DNA of 64,000 nt from Elsinoe ampelina (taxonomy: Eukaryota): positions 1,725,394 through 1,789,393 of the forward strand of contig ML992504.1 in assembly GCA_010093995.1 (NCBI GenBank), in the 5' to 3' direction. This document shows, piece by piece, positions 61,270 through 64,000 of the stretch; the first letter of the stretch is position 1; each line of letters starts with the position of its first letter. The translations under genes were made by a program, and so were the position numbers. Under the pieces are notes generated by a model. The model did no database searches and had not been told where the DNA came from. It saw only the letters and a program-made list of their open reading frames with translations.

Positions 61270-64000
61270 TCACCGTCCTCCTACCAGTGAGCTCAGTTGT
61301 TTGAACGCCTTCGCCGCGCTAGTCTGTTGACTCTTGGTCAAGGCAACTACGTCGATCGTCTCTTCTTCATCTTCCTCTTCGTCGAAATCAATCATATCGT
61401 CGGTGGACTTCGGCTTGACGGTGTCTTCCGATACAATCGTGTCAACCGATCCGAGGCTCCGGTGAGGAGCAGGCATTGCAGCACTGCTAAGAGCTTTGTT
61501 GGACCAGTTGCCCGAGGATATGGACGAGGAAGGAGATTGCGAACGTGAAGTCTTAGTTCCACGCCCGAGTGGAGAGCTCAGAGTGGACGCAGTCGACGCG
61601 CTATCCAATGGTATCCTGATATTTGCCTTACCTGTCGGCTTGGGTGATGAATGCGACTGCTGTTGTGGACTCTTCGGAGGCGTATTCTCCTGCAGAGATA
61701 CCCCGCCCAGACGGATGCTGATCTGATCGACGGCAGTACTATCAGTTGTTGTGGCATCGCTGCCAGGGGATCGTGGGCTGCCGATAGCTGGTGGGCTGCC
61801 GATAGCTGATGGGCTTGCGATTGGGGCTGATAGAGGACGAAGCGGGGACATGGACGCCGGGGGATTGCCCGCAGTGGTCGTTGCGTCGGAGAAATGGTGG
61901 TGAACAGAGGAAGCTCGATCGCCTCCAATTGCAGTAGAGCCGCGCCAATTCTTGGCCGTGAGGAGATTTTGGATCATAGCTTCAGGTAATGTCGTATTTG
62001 AGCTACTCATGGTCGCAATGCCGAGCAACTCGTCCTGAAAGATCCATGGAAAGCTCAACATGGGCGGCTGCAGCGGCTCCGCGTCGACATCACTCTCCAG
62101 ATCGACCATGGTGTCAGTCTTGCTCGCCTCTTCTTCGTTGTAAGCTGATACTGCATGCGCCGTGACTTTGTACATGGCTGCGATGTACGGCCCAAGCTTG
62201 GTCAGATCTCGGTCGTTGGATTTCATCTCAAGATCGGCGAAGACGGCGTCACGGTAGTGATGGCGGTGGGCTGACATGAGGCGGCCGATTTCTTCTGCGA
62301 ACTTGTATGTCTTGATGTCCCGGTTGTGCACCATGACAAAGGCTGACCAGATTTCAAACTCGGTCAAAATGCCAAATTGAGCCATAATTCTGCGCATGTC
62401 GACGTCGTACTCGGTCTTCAAGGCGTGCGCCTTGTCAAGGAGCTCAGGGGAAATGTCGAAAGCATTCATGATGCGTTCGTCGAAGCTGTATCCATAGCGA
62501 GGCTTGAACTCGACACGATCAACCTCATCGTAAAGCTGGCCCAGAACTTTACGAGAATGATATGTCTGATGAGGTAGCTTCTCAAGCCAATGTGGGTACT
62601 TTACAACGCGGAGCTCCTCATCCATACGTGCCGGAACACCAGTCTTTGGGTAATCTACTGCTTGTGAATGGAGCTGTGCCAATTCAATGCCTAGCTTCTG
62701 GTCAGTCCTGAACAATGGTCGAGTGATTGCATGCACTTACACTTGTCATGCCTGACACCTGCATCCATCTTGTCAGCCCATGCTCGATGGGCCACCGCAA
62801 TGCTGCCCAGAGAGTCGTTCTTCATGTAGTCGCAAAAGAATGGGATGATGTCGGACTGAGTCACTGGACCCTTCGAAAGGATGGGAGGTGGCGCACTGTA
62901 GTCCATCGGTTCGATATTCTGTTCTGGTGGTATGAGATCGGGGTCCCACATGATCAGAAAGTCGTCACCGTCCAGATCTCCACCAGCACACATGTTGGCC
63001 AAGTCACGCTCTCCGAGCTGCGGAAGCACGACCACGTCTTTGAGATGACGCAGGCCGGTACAGTCCACGGCTTGCACGACTCGGATATCACCAGGGTGAA
63101 GGGCGGGGTTGCGGACGATGATGCAAGTGCCCTCCACGATCTTGTACTTGCCACCGTTCTTGGTGTCTGGCACTTGCAGGAAGATTTGCGGTAGTTGGCC
63201 CTCGTCCATGCGAAGTGTCGCAGTCTCATCCACGCATCCAAGCAAAAAGGCACCGTCAGGTATGAACATATTGGCTTTCTCCTTCAAGGACTTCTTCATC
63301 CAAGCTCTCCATAGGTTTAACATGGAATCGACGAATGGATCATGCCTCATGCCTGCCTGAATCATCTTGGCAATGGCCAGAGTGACCTGGTTGAAGTCGA
63401 CATTAGCCTGAAGCATGCTGATTGCCATGTTATCGTCCTCGAGTGCTTTATTGATTTCCTCGAGTTGAATCTTGATCTTCTTGACAAATACGGAGTCGGG
63501 GATGCCAAGCGTTGTGAGGACGAGGATGATCTGTCGGTTGAGATACGCCGAGGCGAAAGATGACCAACGAATGATCTCAAGCTGGTTATAGTCGGTCTCA
63601 AATTTCTTCTGGCTGGGTCGAATGTGCACAGCACGACCACTTAGATTTGGGTCGACGGCGAGGACACCTTTGCATCCGCCCATACGGAACTGGTACAAAG
63701 ATGGAGCTTCAGGTCCTAGGCGGAGCTCTTGTGATACCATGTGGGCTAGGAATTGAGACAGCTTTCCAACTCCATCGGTAAAAGTGAAGCCGTTGCGTTT
63801 GATATCGGGGATTTCTGTGATCTCTGGGGTAATGCCGATCGAGGTGACAGCTCGAGTGGTGGAAAAGCATTGACCGATGCGAGAAACATACTTTGGAATT
63901 TCACGTATGTGTTGGAAGTAACCCATCCACTGCCTGATCGTATTCACAGTGACACTCTCGGTGTTGGAGAAGAAGTAAGCGCCGTTCTCGCGAAATTGTG
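61270..64000 (-). CDS. Eukaryotic RNA-dependent RNA polymerase (5' part outside window), probably SAD-1/Rdp1-like
   Basis: RIGQCFS, FTDGVG, QFRMGGCKG, RNPALHPGD, catalytic GGDLDGDDF and HSQAVDYPKTG. Intron 62691-62740. Confidence 0.96.

Noticed and set aside
45030..64000. A co-functional gene cluster (MLH1, RdRP, ELP6, ATG29, sulfatase, permease)
   Set aside because: Unrelated housekeeping and nutrient genes with no biosynthetic backbone or shared regulator; an ordinary neighbourhood.

Overview
Genomic window from a filamentous ascomycete fungus with active repeat-induced point mutation (RIP). It has short GT-AG introns with CTRAY branch points and a sharp AT-rich/GC-balanced bipartite structure. 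Bases 1-19170 are a RIP-ruined nest of transposons. A probable Plavaka-like DNA transposon hosts an internally deleted Ty3/Gypsy chromovirus with a 5-bp TSD. That element contains a ~480-bp foldback element and two opposite-orientation Gypsy copies, one of which carries a complete Ty1/Copia element (TSD ATTAA). Bases 19171-64000 are gene-dense: aspartic protease, cellobiose dehydrogenase, CWC25, RHO3, an APH-like phosphotransferase, two Git3/cAMP-receptor-like GPCRs, a PA-RING E3 ligase, aquaporin, an ABC1/UbiB kinase, arylsulfatase, MLH1, an orphan ORF, a maltose-type permease, ATG29, ELP6 and a partial RNA-dependent RNA polymerase. A complete but RIP-inactivated PIF/Harbinger transposon sits at 37084-39906. 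The most intriguing unexplained signal is a TATA-preceded, ORF-less, hairpin-rich minus-strand segment (~56245-56922), a candidate structured non-coding RNA. All calls come from manual reading; no database searches or folding computations were run.
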